Shown: positions 48,246 to 58,325, numbered from the stretch's first letter. The stretch is 64,000 nucleotides of DNA from Candidatus Parcubacteria bacterium (GCA_018664825.1 JABJNO010000010.1:8832-72831), one strand, 5' to 3'. Numbers and translations: made by a program. Notes: a model not told the origin generated them from the letters alone.

Positions 48246-49014
48246 AAAAAATTTTACATTCTAAAGATAATTTTGTTATGTAATCTTCATCTAACATCTC
48301 TCCTTTTATAGCTGAATGAGCCAAGTCGTGCAATAGTAGTAATAGTCTGTGAAAAATCAATATTTCATCATCGATATAATCCATATCATAATGCTTCAAA
48401 AATATTTTTTGCTGAACGTGGCTCAAATCTAATAAATAAAATAATTGCGAAACATCACAACTAGATATATCCAATCTACAATCAGTCCAATCAATTAAAA
48501 ATATATCATCTTTTTGAAAAAATATATTGTGTAAACTCAAATCTCCGTGAATCAAAGAAACTTGGTAATTTTTATTTTTTAATTTTGACTCAATATTTCT
48601 AGCAATTTCACATAACACATCTTCATGTTTATCAATGATTTGAGGTGGTACCTCTTTTAATATTGCTCGCATAATAGAAACTGGCTGATACTTACCGTCA
48701 ATCAAAAAATCATTATAAATATATTTTTTGATGCTAGGCAATATATCCAAAAGATGAATTTTTCTCAAAATCAAAGCTAACTCTTTTATACTATCCTCAC
48801 TCAAATCATCCTTAATCATTTCTCTACCTGACAATTTTTCCTCCAAAAAAACTTTTCCATCAAAATTGCTAACTCGAGGTACAAATGAAAGATTTTCTAA
48901 AAATTTTAAAATATAAAACTCTTTTTCCAAAACTGACTTATCAGCCAAAGATTTTATTATAGTATTTGGTTGATTTTTTAATATTTTATTTTTATGAGGA
49001 TAATCTTTAAACAT
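48235..49014 (-). CDS. Aminoglycoside/choline-kinase-like phosphotransferase (APH fold)
   Basis: IHGDLSLHNIFF (HGDxxxxN catalytic loop) and LIDWTDC (DxD). Confidence 0.55.
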   Translation of the reverse strand: MFKDYPHKNKILKNQPNTIIKSLADKSVLEKEFYILKFLENLSFVPRVSNFDGKVFLEEKLSGREMIKDDLSEDSIKELALILRKIHLLDILPSIKKYIYNDFLIDGKYQPVSIMRAILKEVPPQIIDKHEDVLCEIARNIESKLKNKNYQVSLIHGDLSLHNIFFQKDDIFLIDWTDCRLDISSCDVSQLFYLLDLSHVQQKIFLKHYDMDYIDDEILIFHRLLLLLHDLAHSAIKGEMLDEDYITKLSLECKIFYER

Positions 49015-49085
49015 ATTATTATATATAACCCCTTCTTAAAAAGAGTTTTTAAAACCGTTAGAAAAAATCCCGTCTTAAAACGGGA

Positions 49086-50468
49086 TTAAAATTTTACTTG
49101 GATAGCTCTTTGGCCTTTTGGTGTATCCTGGACATCCACTCCCAGGGCTACCAACTTGTCCCTCAATCTATCTGACTCGGACCAATCTTTTTTTTCTCTG
49201 ACTTCTTTTCTTTTTTTCAAAATAATATCTATCTCACCAGAAAGCTCGAGAGCTTTATTTTTTAAATTTTCCAAATCCAAGCCCAGCACTTCGTCCATCT
49301 TCAAAATACAGCGCATTTTGGCAGAACTTGGGTTGTCTGATTCTATTACTTTTTGTAACACAGCTAGTGCTTTGGCTGTATTTATATCATCAGCCATGGC
49401 TTGATTAAATTCTTCACACAAATCTTTGCACTTTCCTTTTGGTTTGTCATACCAGGCAATCTCTTTGATAATATTTGTCAGCCTACTTTGAGCGGCATCA
49501 AGTGACTCCCAAGAAAAATTCAAAGACTTACGATAATGATTTTGTAAAACTAAATAACGAAACGACATCGGTGAGTAACCCTTTTCTTTGAGATCTTCCA
49601 AACGGACAAAAGTGCCAGCTGATTTTGACATCTTACCACCTTCAAATTTGACATGCTCATTGTGCATCCAATAATTTGCTTGTTGTTTGCCTGTAACAGC
49701 TTCTGATTGAGCCATTTCATTTGGATGGTGGACGGTCAGGTGATCTATACCACCTGTGTGTATATCAAAAGTATCTCCCAGCTCATTACGACTCATCACA
49801 CTACACTCAAGATGCCAACCAGGAAACCCTATCCCCCAGGGAGATTCCCACTCCATGTCGCGTGCTCTATCTTCTGGTGAAAATTTCCAAACTGCAAAAT
49901 CAGTTGGATTTTTCTTTTCTAGATTTTTTTCTACACGAGCACCTTCTTGTTGATCTACATTTGCTAGATTGGCCAGCTTGCCATAGTCCTCAATCTTGGA
50001 AGTATCAAAATACATTCCGTCACTGGTTTTGTACAAATATCCCTTTTCTTCCAAAATTTTGACAAATTCTATCTGATCTTTGATGCTATCAGTTGCTCGG
50101 ATCATCTTTGTTGGCGGCAATATATTGAGATTGTGCATATTGTTCATAAATACCCTACTAAAGTATTCTGCAATCTCCCAGGCAGACTTCCCTGAGCTTC
50201 TGCCAGCTTTTTCGAGCTTGTCCTCACCATCGTCAGCATCCGAAGTCAAATGACCCACGTCTGTAACATTCATAACGTGAGTCACCTTGTATCCTTGGGA
50301 CAATAAAAAACGCTTCATAACATCCCAAATCGTATAAGCTAGTAAATTTCCAATATGTGGATAATCATAAACAGTTGGCCCACAAGTATAAAGGCCTATC
50401 TTATTCTTTTGAATAGGCTCAAAAAGCTCTTTTTGCCTAGTCAAACTATTGTAAACTTTTATTTCCAT
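49086..50468 (-). CDS. cysS: Cysteine--tRNA ligase
   Basis: HIGH motif CGPTVYDYPHIGN, KMSKS, zinc-binding cysteines. 460 aa. Confidence 0.9.
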   Translation of the reverse strand: MEIKVYNSLTRQKELFEPIQKNKIGLYTCGPTVYDYPHIGNLLAYTIWDVMKRFLLSQGYKVTHVMNVTDVGHLTSDADDGEDKLEKAGRSSGKSAWEIAEYFSRVFMNNMHNLNILPPTKMIRATDSIKDQIEFVKILEEKGYLYKTSDGMYFDTSKIEDYGKLANLANVDQQEGARVEKNLEKKNPTDFAVWKFSPEDRARDMEWESPWGIGFPGWHLECSVMSRNELGDTFDIHTGGIDHLTVHHPNEMAQSEAVTGKQQANYWMHNEHVKFEGGKMSKSAGTFVRLEDLKEKGYSPMSFRYLVLQNHYRKSLNFSWESLDAAQSRLTNIIKEIAWYDKPKGKCKDLCEEFNQAMADDINTAKALAVLQKVIESDNPSSAKMRCILKMDEVLGLDLENLKNKALELSGEIDIILKKRKEVREKKDWSESDRLRDKLVALGVDVQDTPKGQRAIQVKF

Positions 50469-50556
50469 AGTATTTATAATTTTAACACAAAACCCAATTT
50501 TGTCTATGTATTAAAAAAATCCCCACAATTAATGTGGAGATTTTTTAATATATTTT

Positions 50557-51855
50557 CTATTCAGCAGAATTACCCAAGGTCAAAATATGCACTATACTTG
50601 CTTTGACTGTCTTGGTTTGCCTATTGGAAACTCCTCTTACCCGGATAATATCATCTACTTTTATATCACCAAATTCTATTTGTTGATTATTTTTGGTAAA
50701 TTTGGTATTACTATCTGTTTCTACTGTCCATTCTTTGTGAGCTATATTGGTCCGAACCAATCGTACATCTATGGATTGATCACTAGAGTCCACTCCTGTC
50801 ACCTTACCCAGGTGTTGGGCTACTCCCAAAGCTTGGATAGAATTGTTCTTTATAAACTTGGCGACCAAGTGTCCTGTGTCTTCTGCTCTTCTACCAATAA
50901 TTCTAATATGATCACCTTCTGAAAATTCTTTCAAAAATGCCTTACCCATATATCTCCTTCTCAAATTGGTATCCTCGTAGATATCAACCATCAATTTCTC
51001 ACCTGGAGCACCCATCAAATTGTTTACATCTCCTTCTTCAAAAAATTTAGAAGGATTGATTTCTACTTCAATAGTAGCAGGCAAAGTGATATCTTCTGGA
51101 ATCATCACAACTGTAGCATCTACCACCCAACGAGTGACTCTCATAAATAATTGTTCACCTCTTCTCAAAACTACTATAATCTTGGCGTCCCAAGTACTAG
51201 AATTACCATCTCCATCATCCAATACTCTGGCACGAATACGATCTCCAATCTCAAAATTGTCCAAAGTAGCTGGATTATACTCACCGGCTACCATCCTAGC
51301 TTCACTGGTGTCCAAAGTAAAAACCTTACTGTTCCAAATGACATCCATTTCATTTGATTCTGGGCGGATAGCTTCTATCCAGCCATTCTTTCCTCGGTGG
51401 TTCCATTTGAAAGAGCGATTTCTTAATTTTTGAGCTACTTTAGCTCCACTATTTGTATAGTGGTCAACTGTATAAGTGACCTGATCACCAGCAATCCAAT
51501 CACTGAGATCAGCTGTCCCTGAGGTATCGGTCAAAACTGAAGTACCATTGTCAATCTCCACTGTTTGATCCTGACTATCATCAGTAGCCCCATTTGGACG
51601 TATAATGATAGTAGTATTTTCAGCTGTAGTATTCCCAATTTCAATCAACACTCCTGTCTCTTCTTCAACCACAGTATCCTCTTTATCTGCATTATTGATC
51701 TCACTTTCACTAAGACCAACATCCTCTGCAGTCACTTCTACGCCAATATCATTTATGGGTGCGATGTCTTCAGCTAAAGCAACTCCAGCACTAGGCAGCA
51801 TTAAGGCAAGTCCTAGAATTATAAATAAAGACTTAAAAATAAATTTTTTTCTCAT
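50557..51855 (-). CDS. Secreted hypothetical protein with repeated DUF5666-like beta modules
   Basis: Signal peptide MRKKFIFKSLFIILGLALMLPSAGVALA. Repeated GDRIRARV / GDHIRIIG / DDIIRVRG motifs. Confidence 0.45.
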   Translation of the reverse strand: MRKKFIFKSLFIILGLALMLPSAGVALAEDIAPINDIGVEVTAEDVGLSESEINNADKEDTVVEEETGVLIEIGNTTAENTTIIIRPNGATDDSQDQTVEIDNGTSVLTDTSGTADLSDWIAGDQVTYTVDHYTNSGAKVAQKLRNRSFKWNHRGKNGWIEAIRPESNEMDVIWNSKVFTLDTSEARMVAGEYNPATLDNFEIGDRIRARVLDDGDGNSSTWDAKIIVVLRRGEQLFMRVTRWVVDATVVMIPEDITLPATIEVEINPSKFFEEGDVNNLMGAPGEKLMVDIYEDTNLRRRYMGKAFLKEFSEGDHIRIIGRRAEDTGHLVAKFIKNNSIQALGVAQHLGKVTGVDSSDQSIDVRLVRTNIAHKEWTVETDSNTKFTKNNQQIEFGDIKVDDIIRVRGVSNRQTKTVKASIVHILTLGNSAE

Positions 51856-51892
51856 ATCTTTTCCTCCTTGTTAATTATCTTATATATAAATA

Positions 51893-52903
51893 TTAAAATA
51901 TTTGGTCTATCATTTCTACCAAACGGACAGAATACCCCCATTCATTGTCATACCAAGCAATAATTTTGACTAGATTGCCTCCTACTACTTTGGTCAAAGG
52001 CAAGTCTACGATAGATGATCTAGGATCACCAATAAAATCAGAAGAAACAACCGGCTCATCAGTCACACCCAAAATACCAGCATATCTCTTTGTCTTACTA
52101 GCTGTAATCAAGGCATTATTTACCTGTTTGACTGTTACATCTTTTTTGAGTAAAAAAGTAAAATCAGAAAGCGAAACAACTGGAGTTGGTACCCTGATTG
52201 CTAGGCCATCAAATAATCCCTCTAGTTCTGGAATCACTTGGGTAGTAGCAATAGCTGCTCCCGTACTTGTTGGGATAATATTTTCGGCTGCTGCTCGTCC
52301 CCTGCGCATATCACTCTTGTTTGGTGAATCCACTAGGCCCTGTCCTCCTGTATACGAATGGATAGTAGTCAGCATTGCCTTGGATACACCAAATTTTGAA
52401 ACCAAAACTTGAGCTACCGGTGCAACGCAATTGGTGGTACAAGAAGCATTGGAAACAACTTTTTGATTTTTATAATTATCTTCGTTGACTCCCAACAAAA
52501 ATGTATCCACATTACCCCCTCCTTTGGCGGGAGCAGAGATAATCACCCTCTTTGCTCCAGCAGTAATGTGGGCGCCAGCTGCACCGTCTTTTACAAAACG
52601 CCCCGTACACTCAAGTACTACATCTACTTTGAGTTTTTTCCAAGGTAATTTTTTTGGATCTGGAACTGCAGTAATATTATATTTTTTTCCGTTGACTACA
52701 ATATTGTTTCCTGAGTGAGAAACTTTTTTGGGATAAATACCATAGACTGTGTCATATTTCAAAAGATAGGCCAGATTTTCTACTGGCGCCAAATCATTGA
52801 TAGCTACCACTTCATATCTATTGCTTGTGAGCATTATTTTGAAAGCAGCTCGACCAATACGCCCAAAACCATTGATAGCTACTCTTATTTTTTTTCTTGC
52901 CAT
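51893..52903 (-). CDS. gap: Glyceraldehyde-3-phosphate dehydrogenase
   Basis: INGFGRIGR and ASCTTNC active-site motifs. 336 aa. Confidence 0.95.
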   Translation of the reverse strand: MARKKIRVAINGFGRIGRAAFKIMLTSNRYEVVAINDLAPVENLAYLLKYDTVYGIYPKKVSHSGNNIVVNGKKYNITAVPDPKKLPWKKLKVDVVLECTGRFVKDGAAGAHITAGAKRVIISAPAKGGGNVDTFLLGVNEDNYKNQKVVSNASCTTNCVAPVAQVLVSKFGVSKAMLTTIHSYTGGQGLVDSPNKSDMRRGRAAAENIIPTSTGAAIATTQVIPELEGLFDGLAIRVPTPVVSLSDFTFLLKKDVTVKQVNNALITASKTKRYAGILGVTDEPVVSSDFIGDPRSSIVDLPLTKVVGGNLVKIIAWYDNEWGYSVRLVEMIDQIF

Positions 52904-52970
52904 AATTTTATTTTATTTTTTACAATAATATTATATCAAAAAAACCAGTTATTTGCTAACTGATTTATTT

Positions 52971-53432
52971 TTAAAAAAATGTTCCCATTTTTTTACCATC
53001 TCTATCTATATACCATTTTACTCCCGCTCTATCTACCTCTGCTTTCCCGTCTTTAAAATCTTTGACATTAGTAAACATTGTATTTGTTATAATATTGCCT
53101 TGCATATCAATAAAAAGCCAGCATTCGCTAGAAGAAGTTTTCATTTGAGCTGCAGCTCGCCCTTCTCTAAAGGGTCTAAGTTGCCTCAGTTTTAATTCTG
53201 CCTTCAAGCGAAGTCTAGCCTCTTGAAAAAGACGATCAGTTAAAATCTGTAATGTCTCTAAATTTCCAGATACAACCTCTTCTAAGGTTCTGGCAATACT
53301 AAAATTCTCCAATTCTTTTGCATTGAGCAGCTCATCAGAAAAAAAGTGAAAATTATCTTTTGTTTCCCCTAATTGCCTTAATGCAAATTTACATTTATCA
53401 GTCATTATTTGTCTTCTTTGATTTTTGAACAA
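52971..53432 (-). CDS. Hypothetical protein, WG-repeat paralog 1 of 4 (true start probably the internal MTDKC)
   Basis: C-terminal FREGRAAAQ...CWLFIDMQGNIITNTMFTNVKDFKDGKAEVDRAGVKWYIDRDGKKMG shows two WG-type beta repeats. Confidence 0.5.
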   Translation of the reverse strand: MFKNQRRQIMTDKCKFALRQLGETKDNFHFFSDELLNAKELENFSIARTLEEVVSGNLETLQILTDRLFQEARLRLKAELKLRQLRPFREGRAAAQMKTSSSECWLFIDMQGNIITNTMFTNVKDFKDGKAEVDRAGVKWYIDRDGKKMGTFF

Positions 53433-53433
53433 T

Positions 53434-53850
53434 CTAAATAAAATCCGTTCTTCTACCTGTCCTATCTATGTACCATCCTTCATCTCCTTTACTCACCCTG
53501 GCTTTGCCGTCTTCAAAATTTAGAACATTATGGAATCTTTCCTTGGTAATAGCTTTACCCCGCACATCAATAAAATACCAACCCTTATGATCCTTAACGG
53601 CTGCTAGGCCTTCTCTAAAACGTCCAATCTCTAATAAACGTAATTCTTTTAGGTAAAGTGTGACAAGGTCATCATTTAATTCATCTATTGAAGCTTCTAG
53701 GCCTTTTATACTTTCAGCCAATGACCCTTTCAGGGCATGTATTCCTTCTATGTATTCCATATCCAAATCATCCAATGATTCTACAAGCATAGAATAAAGG
53801 CTACCTACTTCCAATAATTGTTTTTTTATAGATTCACATCTTCCAAACAT
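53434..53850 (-). CDS. Hypothetical protein, WG-repeat paralog 2 of 4
   Basis: MFGRCESIKKQLLEV N-terminal helix. FREGLAAVKDHKGWYFIDVRGKAITKERFHNVLNFEDGKARVSKGDEGWYIDRTGRR. Confidence 0.5.
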   Translation of the reverse strand: MFGRCESIKKQLLEVGSLYSMLVESLDDLDMEYIEGIHALKGSLAESIKGLEASIDELNDDLVTLYLKELRLLEIGRFREGLAAVKDHKGWYFIDVRGKAITKERFHNVLNFEDGKARVSKGDEGWYIDRTGRRTDFI

Positions 53851-53855
53851 TTTTT

Positions 53856-54323
53856 TTATCGGCTATATCTTTTAAAAATATTACCAACTCTCTTACCAGT
53901 TTTATCTATAAACCAGCAATCACCCTTAAAGCATACTTTGGCTTTTCCATTTTCAAACTTAGCAACCACATCAAAAGGTCCCTCGATAATAGTATCGCCC
54001 TTTGGATCAACATAAAAATAAGCACCCTCATCATAACGAGCCCCTGCCAAACCTTCTCCAAAATTTCCTAGCTCCTTGAAACCCATTTTAGCTTGTAAAA
54101 AAAGTCTACACTCCCCCATAAAATCCTCAAAATGAGACAACAGTAAGGTCAAATCAAAAAATATAGATTTCTTCAAATTTTCTAAGGTATCCAGGCTTTT
54201 TAGTTCCCTTGCTTCAACTACCTCCTCTGCAAAAACTCCGCAAAGACTGTTTACGTGCGCTAGTTTTTCTTTTATAGACCTACATTGATCTATCATTTTA
54301 TTTTTTACTAATTGATCTATCAT
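53856..54323 (-). CDS. Hypothetical protein, WG-repeat paralog 3 of 4 (true start probably the internal MIDQC)
   Basis: FGEGLAGARYDEGAYFYVDPKGDTIIEGPFDVVAKFENGKAKVCFKGDCWFIDKTGKRVG. Confidence 0.5.
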   Translation of the reverse strand: MIDQLVKNKMIDQCRSIKEKLAHVNSLCGVFAEEVVEARELKSLDTLENLKKSIFFDLTLLLSHFEDFMGECRLFLQAKMGFKELGNFGEGLAGARYDEGAYFYVDPKGDTIIEGPFDVVAKFENGKAKVCFKGDCWFIDKTGKRVGNIFKRYSR

Positions 54324-54332
54324 TATTTTATA

Positions 54333-54737
54333 TTATCCATATCTATTAAACTTATCACCAATTCTCTTACCAGTTTTATCTATATACCAACATTCTGAAT
54401 TTAAACACACCTTAGCTTTTCCGTCCTCAAAAGCCCCTGCTGAATCAAAGGTTCCTTTGATAACCATATTCCCTAGTGGGTCTATATAAAAAAGGCCACG
54501 CTGAGCACGAGCTGCGGCCAATCCTTCTTTAAAAACTCTTACTTCTACCAATCCAAATTCTTCTGCCAAAATAACCCGAATAGAATCTTGGCTCATGTTT
54601 AGATTATGTAATATTCTTTTTTTTAGATCGCGTAAACTATCAAAATCTTTTGTTTTTCCTAATTGATCATCAAAAACACCATAAAAGTGTTTTACGTTTG
54701 ATAATACTATTCCTATTGCTTCACACTTTTCTGTCAT
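54333..54737 (-). CDS. Hypothetical protein, WG-repeat paralog 4 of 4
   Basis: MTEKCEAIGIVL N-terminus. FKEGLAAARAQRGLFYIDPLGNMVIKGTFDSAGAFEDGKAKVCLNSECWYIDKTGKRIG. Confidence 0.5.
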   Translation of the reverse strand: MTEKCEAIGIVLSNVKHFYGVFDDQLGKTKDFDSLRDLKKRILHNLNMSQDSIRVILAEEFGLVEVRVFKEGLAAARAQRGLFYIDPLGNMVIKGTFDSAGAFEDGKAKVCLNSECWYIDKTGKRIGDKFNRYG

Positions 54738-55615
54738 TATTTTTTATCTTCGGGTTTTTTACAAACTCTACCCTCAAGATATGGATACTCTACTATTGCT
54801 CCATCGATTTCTAGTCTGACAGTCTGTTTCATAGCATGGACTGACTTGACCTTGCCTTTGCCAGCTCCTGTATTGATGATATCCCCTACTTTGGGTAATT
54901 TGTTTAATTTGTATTTATATACTTCTTCTTCAAAACGCAAACAACACTTGAGTCTCCCACAAGGTCCGGTCATACGATCTGCTCCCCGGTGACTGAGCTC
55001 TTGGTCTTTGATAAACTCTGGACTGACATTACCGATGACGTTGAGCCAATTTTTGCAGCACAATGGCAAACCACAAGGCCCGACATCACCACACATCTTG
55101 GCGGCATCACGTACGCCTATTTGTTGGAGGCGAATTTTACGATGAAAATTTTTGACCAGATCCCTGACTAGTTCTCGAAAATCTACTCGAGTATCAGATA
55201 TAAAATAAAAAGTAAGTCTTCTTTCATCAAAAGATTCTCCAACTTCGATTAGCTTCATCTCAGTCAGACCATGTTTGTCACAAAGCTCTTTGCATTTTGA
55301 CAAATAATCTTTATTTCTACCCTCTATCTCTTTTGCTTTTTTCAAGTCATGATTATTAACCGGCCGAAGCATTGGTTTTATGTCAGAAGCCTTGTCTTGA
55401 GTAAGTGTATTGGTATTTTTACAATTATCACCTTCGCAATCTTGAGAAGGTTGCCAATCTGCCCAACCAGTAATCACTCCCAAATCAGTCCCCAGAGTCG
55501 TCTCTACGATTACCTGGCTATTTTCTCGAATATTTGGATCCATACCTTCACTAAACTCAGGTAAAAAATAATACTCTCTATCTGCCTCGTGAAATCTTAC
55601 TTTAACTACTTTCAT
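54737..55615 (-). CDS. PSP1/YaaT (RicT-like) family protein
   Basis: RVDFRELVRDLVKNFHRKIRLQQIGVRDAAKMCGDVGPCGLPLCC...GPCGRLKCCLRFE closely parallels the Bacillus YaaT PSP1 C-terminal region. Confidence 0.75.
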   Translation of the reverse strand: MKVVKVRFHEADREYYFLPEFSEGMDPNIRENSQVIVETTLGTDLGVITGWADWQPSQDCEGDNCKNTNTLTQDKASDIKPMLRPVNNHDLKKAKEIEGRNKDYLSKCKELCDKHGLTEMKLIEVGESFDERRLTFYFISDTRVDFRELVRDLVKNFHRKIRLQQIGVRDAAKMCGDVGPCGLPLCCKNWLNVIGNVSPEFIKDQELSHRGADRMTGPCGRLKCCLRFEEEVYKYKLNKLPKVGDIINTGAGKGKVKSVHAMKQTVRLEIDGAIVEYPYLEGRVCKKPEDKK

Positions 55616-56321
55616 TATATACTTTGGTTCCTAAATTATTATCACTTACTATTTTCAAAATATTTGCTGGAGTATATTTGAACACTCGCAACTTCAATTT
55701 GTTTTCTCTAGCTAGAGCAAAAGCCGTAGCATCCATCACTTTGAGATCTTTATCCAAACTTTCGGTATAAGATATTTTTTTATAAAGCTTGGCTTTGGGA
55801 TTTTTATCAGGATCAGAATCATAAACTCCATTTACATTGGTAGCCTTGAATACTTCGTCAGCCTTGATTTCCAAAGCTCGTAAAACCATTGTAGTGTCAG
55901 TTGTAAAATATGGATTACTAGTACCACCTGCAAAAACAACAACAGTACCTTTTTGTAAATGCTCGATAGCTTTTTGATGATTGTATGGTCTGACAACCTT
56001 TGGCATATAAAAAGGAGACAGTACAACTGCCTTTTGTCCGATACTTTCCAATATTCCTTGCAAGGCCAATGAATTGATGTGAGTGGCCATCATGCCTATG
56101 TGATCAGCTGTCACTCTTTCCATTTCTGCTCCTTTGACCATCCGTCCCCGAAAAATATTACCTGCCCCAGATACAACAGCTACCTGATGACCAGATTTTA
56201 CCAATTTTTTCAAACTTTGAGCCAATTTTTTTATCTCTCCAAAATCGAGATTAGAAACAGATTCCGCATCTCCCATGGCAGATCCTGAAACTTTAATTAA
56301 AATCCTTTTATTTTTGGGCAT
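55602..56321 (-). CDS. pyrH: UMP kinase
   Basis: ILIKVSGSAMGD and VVSGAGNIFRG. Start assigned to the internal Met MPKNKR (ATG at 56321). The annotated ORF extends to 56384. Confidence 0.8.
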   Translation of the reverse strand: MPKNKRILIKVSGSAMGDAESVSNLDFGEIKKLAQSLKKLVKSGHQVAVVSGAGNIFRGRMVKGAEMERVTADHIGMMATHINSLALQGILESIGQKAVVLSPFYMPKVVRPYNHQKAIEHLQKGTVVVFAGGTSNPYFTTDTTMVLRALEIKADEVFKATNVNGVYDSDPDKNPKAKLYKKISYTESLDKDLKVMDATAFALARENKLKLRVFKYTPANILKIVSDNNLGTKVYNESS

Positions 56322-56456
56322 ATTTTTATTTTTTAATCTATATCCATTATGCCAAATTGAGCTAATAATGGCAATAGTTGACAATATGCCTAAAATTCAA
56401 TAGTATAGAATGTTACTTTAGATCATTACATTTTAAAAACAACTAGGAGGTAATCA

Positions 56457-57539
56457 ATGAACCCCGAAGACAATGAAGTCCCCGTGGATGAGAGGTGTAT
56501 CCATGACATCTATCCACCCTGGTGTGGGATGTGCAAAAAGCTCAAAGAATCAAGAACAAAACGAACTCCGCAGCACCGAGATCCTGGAAGCAAAAAAAAG
56601 GGACTAGTAATTCCTAGCACCAACGTGGTAGATAGGAGTTATGCTTTGGTCCAAACCGCCGGTGGTGAAAAGAAAAACAAGTTTTTACAAATCACCACAG
56701 GAACTCACCGAGTGCACATCAATGGCTTTCCCAACTTTTGGGCCATCAAGAGAATACTAGAAAGAGGTCCTAATATCCAAAGAATCACTATGATTCCTTC
56801 TTTTTTGAGAAAGTTGGGCGAGAAACACAAAAAGCTGTGTACTGACCGAGGTGTTGTTGTCTGTTCTGGCTACCATCGACCTGAGGTAGCTTGGCGTGAA
56901 AATGAATCTCGCTCGGTCCACTACAATGCTCAGCGTAAATTTATGACTGCGCTGGAAGGTGACCAAAAAACCTTGTTTGATGAGTTGATTAGGTTCGGAT
57001 TTACCAGTGCTGAGATGGCAGCTCGATACTTTTGTCTCAACGACGAAGATTTCCTGACTCAGGAAAAAGTCGGCTGGGAATTTGGTTTTGTTGCTTGCAA
57101 TAACACCGCTCCCGTTTCGTCATACATAAACGCTGTCCTCTGCTATCTGGACAACGAGCTCGAAACAGGCCAAGCATCAAAGAGAATTGCTGGCTCCATG
57201 GCAACAAGAGTCAAGCGTCTGCGTGCTTTGATTAGTCAAGAAAAAGTCTTACAGGCTCTCCTTGAAAAACTAGGCATTGAACAATTGCCCGAAGGCATGC
57301 CTCCGGCTATGCTTGATAATTTGGAAGCTATCCTAGCGACCGAAAAAGATGGCCGATTCGCCAGACTCAAGGTTTCTTCTCCTCGTCTCCACAAAATCAT
57401 TGCCCTGCGGTATGGTCGCACTGACAACAAGTGGCATGTCTTACAAGAAATAGGCACTCGCCACAAAGTCACTCGCGAACGTATTCGCCAACTCGAAGGC
57501 CAAGCCTTTGAAGAATTGGGTATTGAACAAGTTCATTGA
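56457..57539 (+). CDS. Hypothetical DNA-binding protein with a C-terminal sigma-70 region-4-like HTH and an N-terminal Cys cluster
   Basis: C-terminal LHKIIALRYGRTDNKWHVLQEIGTRHKVTRERIRQLEGQAFEEL resembles sigma-70 region 4.2. N-terminal CIHDIYPPWCGMC. GC-rich. RBS AGGAGG. Confidence 0.45.
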   Translation: MNPEDNEVPVDERCIHDIYPPWCGMCKKLKESRTKRTPQHRDPGSKKKGLVIPSTNVVDRSYALVQTAGGEKKNKFLQITTGTHRVHINGFPNFWAIKRILERGPNIQRITMIPSFLRKLGEKHKKLCTDRGVVVCSGYHRPEVAWRENESRSVHYNAQRKFMTALEGDQKTLFDELIRFGFTSAEMAARYFCLNDEDFLTQEKVGWEFGFVACNNTAPVSSYINAVLCYLDNELETGQASKRIAGSMATRVKRLRALISQEKVLQALLEKLGIEQLPEGMPPAMLDNLEAILATEKDGRFARLKVSSPRLHKIIALRYGRTDNKWHVLQEIGTRHKVTRERIRQLEGQAFEELGIEQVH

Positions 57540-57548
57540 ACACTAGCA

Positions 57549-57580
57549 CCGGCCGAGCAAAGCTCGGCCGGTTTTTTTTA
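57549..57580 (+). terminator. Rho-independent terminator
   Basis: CCGGCCGAGCAAAGCTCGGCCGG followed by TTTTTTTTA. Confidence 0.8.
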
Positions 57581-57653
57581 TTTGACTAAAAGTATCAGGT
57601 ATTATAAGTTTAGCATCTAGTTCTTTACATATTTGTGACAGCATTTTGAGTTT

Positions 57654-58316
57654 ATGAGCTATAAATCCAGAATACTGTCACAAAAGAGTTGGTATGGTAC
57701 CATCCACCACAACATCGTGGTTCAATTGGCAGTAGGAGGTAATGATGTGAAACGCTTTATAAAAACTACTTTTCAGTGGGATACTATGAAGCTGGAAACT
57801 GATCTACGTGATCAAGAAAGCTCTGATGTAGCCGGAAAAAATATTTGTTATCTGCTCGATGAATTATCTATCGTGTCCGTCCCGCACTCTGCTGGTACAA
57901 GACGAGGCACGGTCTGTCTCAAAATCAAGATGCAAAATGGCGATGGCCCCCAAAAAGACGGAGTTGAAAACCTTAGGCGTCGCCTAATCTCTTTGAGTGA
58001 TTCTCAAAAGAGAAGTATTTCTTTTACCCGTGGATTCCCTGATATGAGCGACAACCCTGCTTTCCGTGTCACTTTTGACCTCAAAAAAGGAGAACAATTC
58101 ACTGATGCCGCTATTGAAGTGGCCAGCTTTATTTTCCACAAGCTAGGAATCAAAGACAGAGAAGCTCTCAAACACCACCTAGGACTTTTTATCACCCGAC
58201 AAGAAACGCTGCTTTTGGTAGCTGGAGATTGGATTCCCTTTGAGCAACATGTCCGCCATCAATATGGTCTACACAATCCAGAACACACCAGTCAAATCGA
58301 ACTCCAACTCGCATAA
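57654..58316 (+). CDS. Hypothetical protein (GC-rich island gene)
   Basis: 220-aa ORF, GC-rich, no recognisable motif. Followed by a terminator. Confidence 0.4.
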   Translation: MSYKSRILSQKSWYGTIHHNIVVQLAVGGNDVKRFIKTTFQWDTMKLETDLRDQESSDVAGKNICYLLDELSIVSVPHSAGTRRGTVCLKIKMQNGDGPQKDGVENLRRRLISLSDSQKRSISFTRGFPDMSDNPAFRVTFDLKKGEQFTDAAIEVASFIFHKLGIKDREALKHHLGLFITRQETLLLVAGDWIPFEQHVRHQYGLHNPEHTSQIELQLA

Positions 58317-58325
58317 ACTCATATA

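Noticed and set aside
55602-56384. Using the most upstream ATG (56384) as the pyrH start
   Set aside because: The first 21 codons (MSTIAIISSIWHNGYRLKNKN) have no counterpart in UMP kinases, whereas MPKNKRILIKVSG aligns with the PyrH N-terminus. The internal start at 56321 is preferred.
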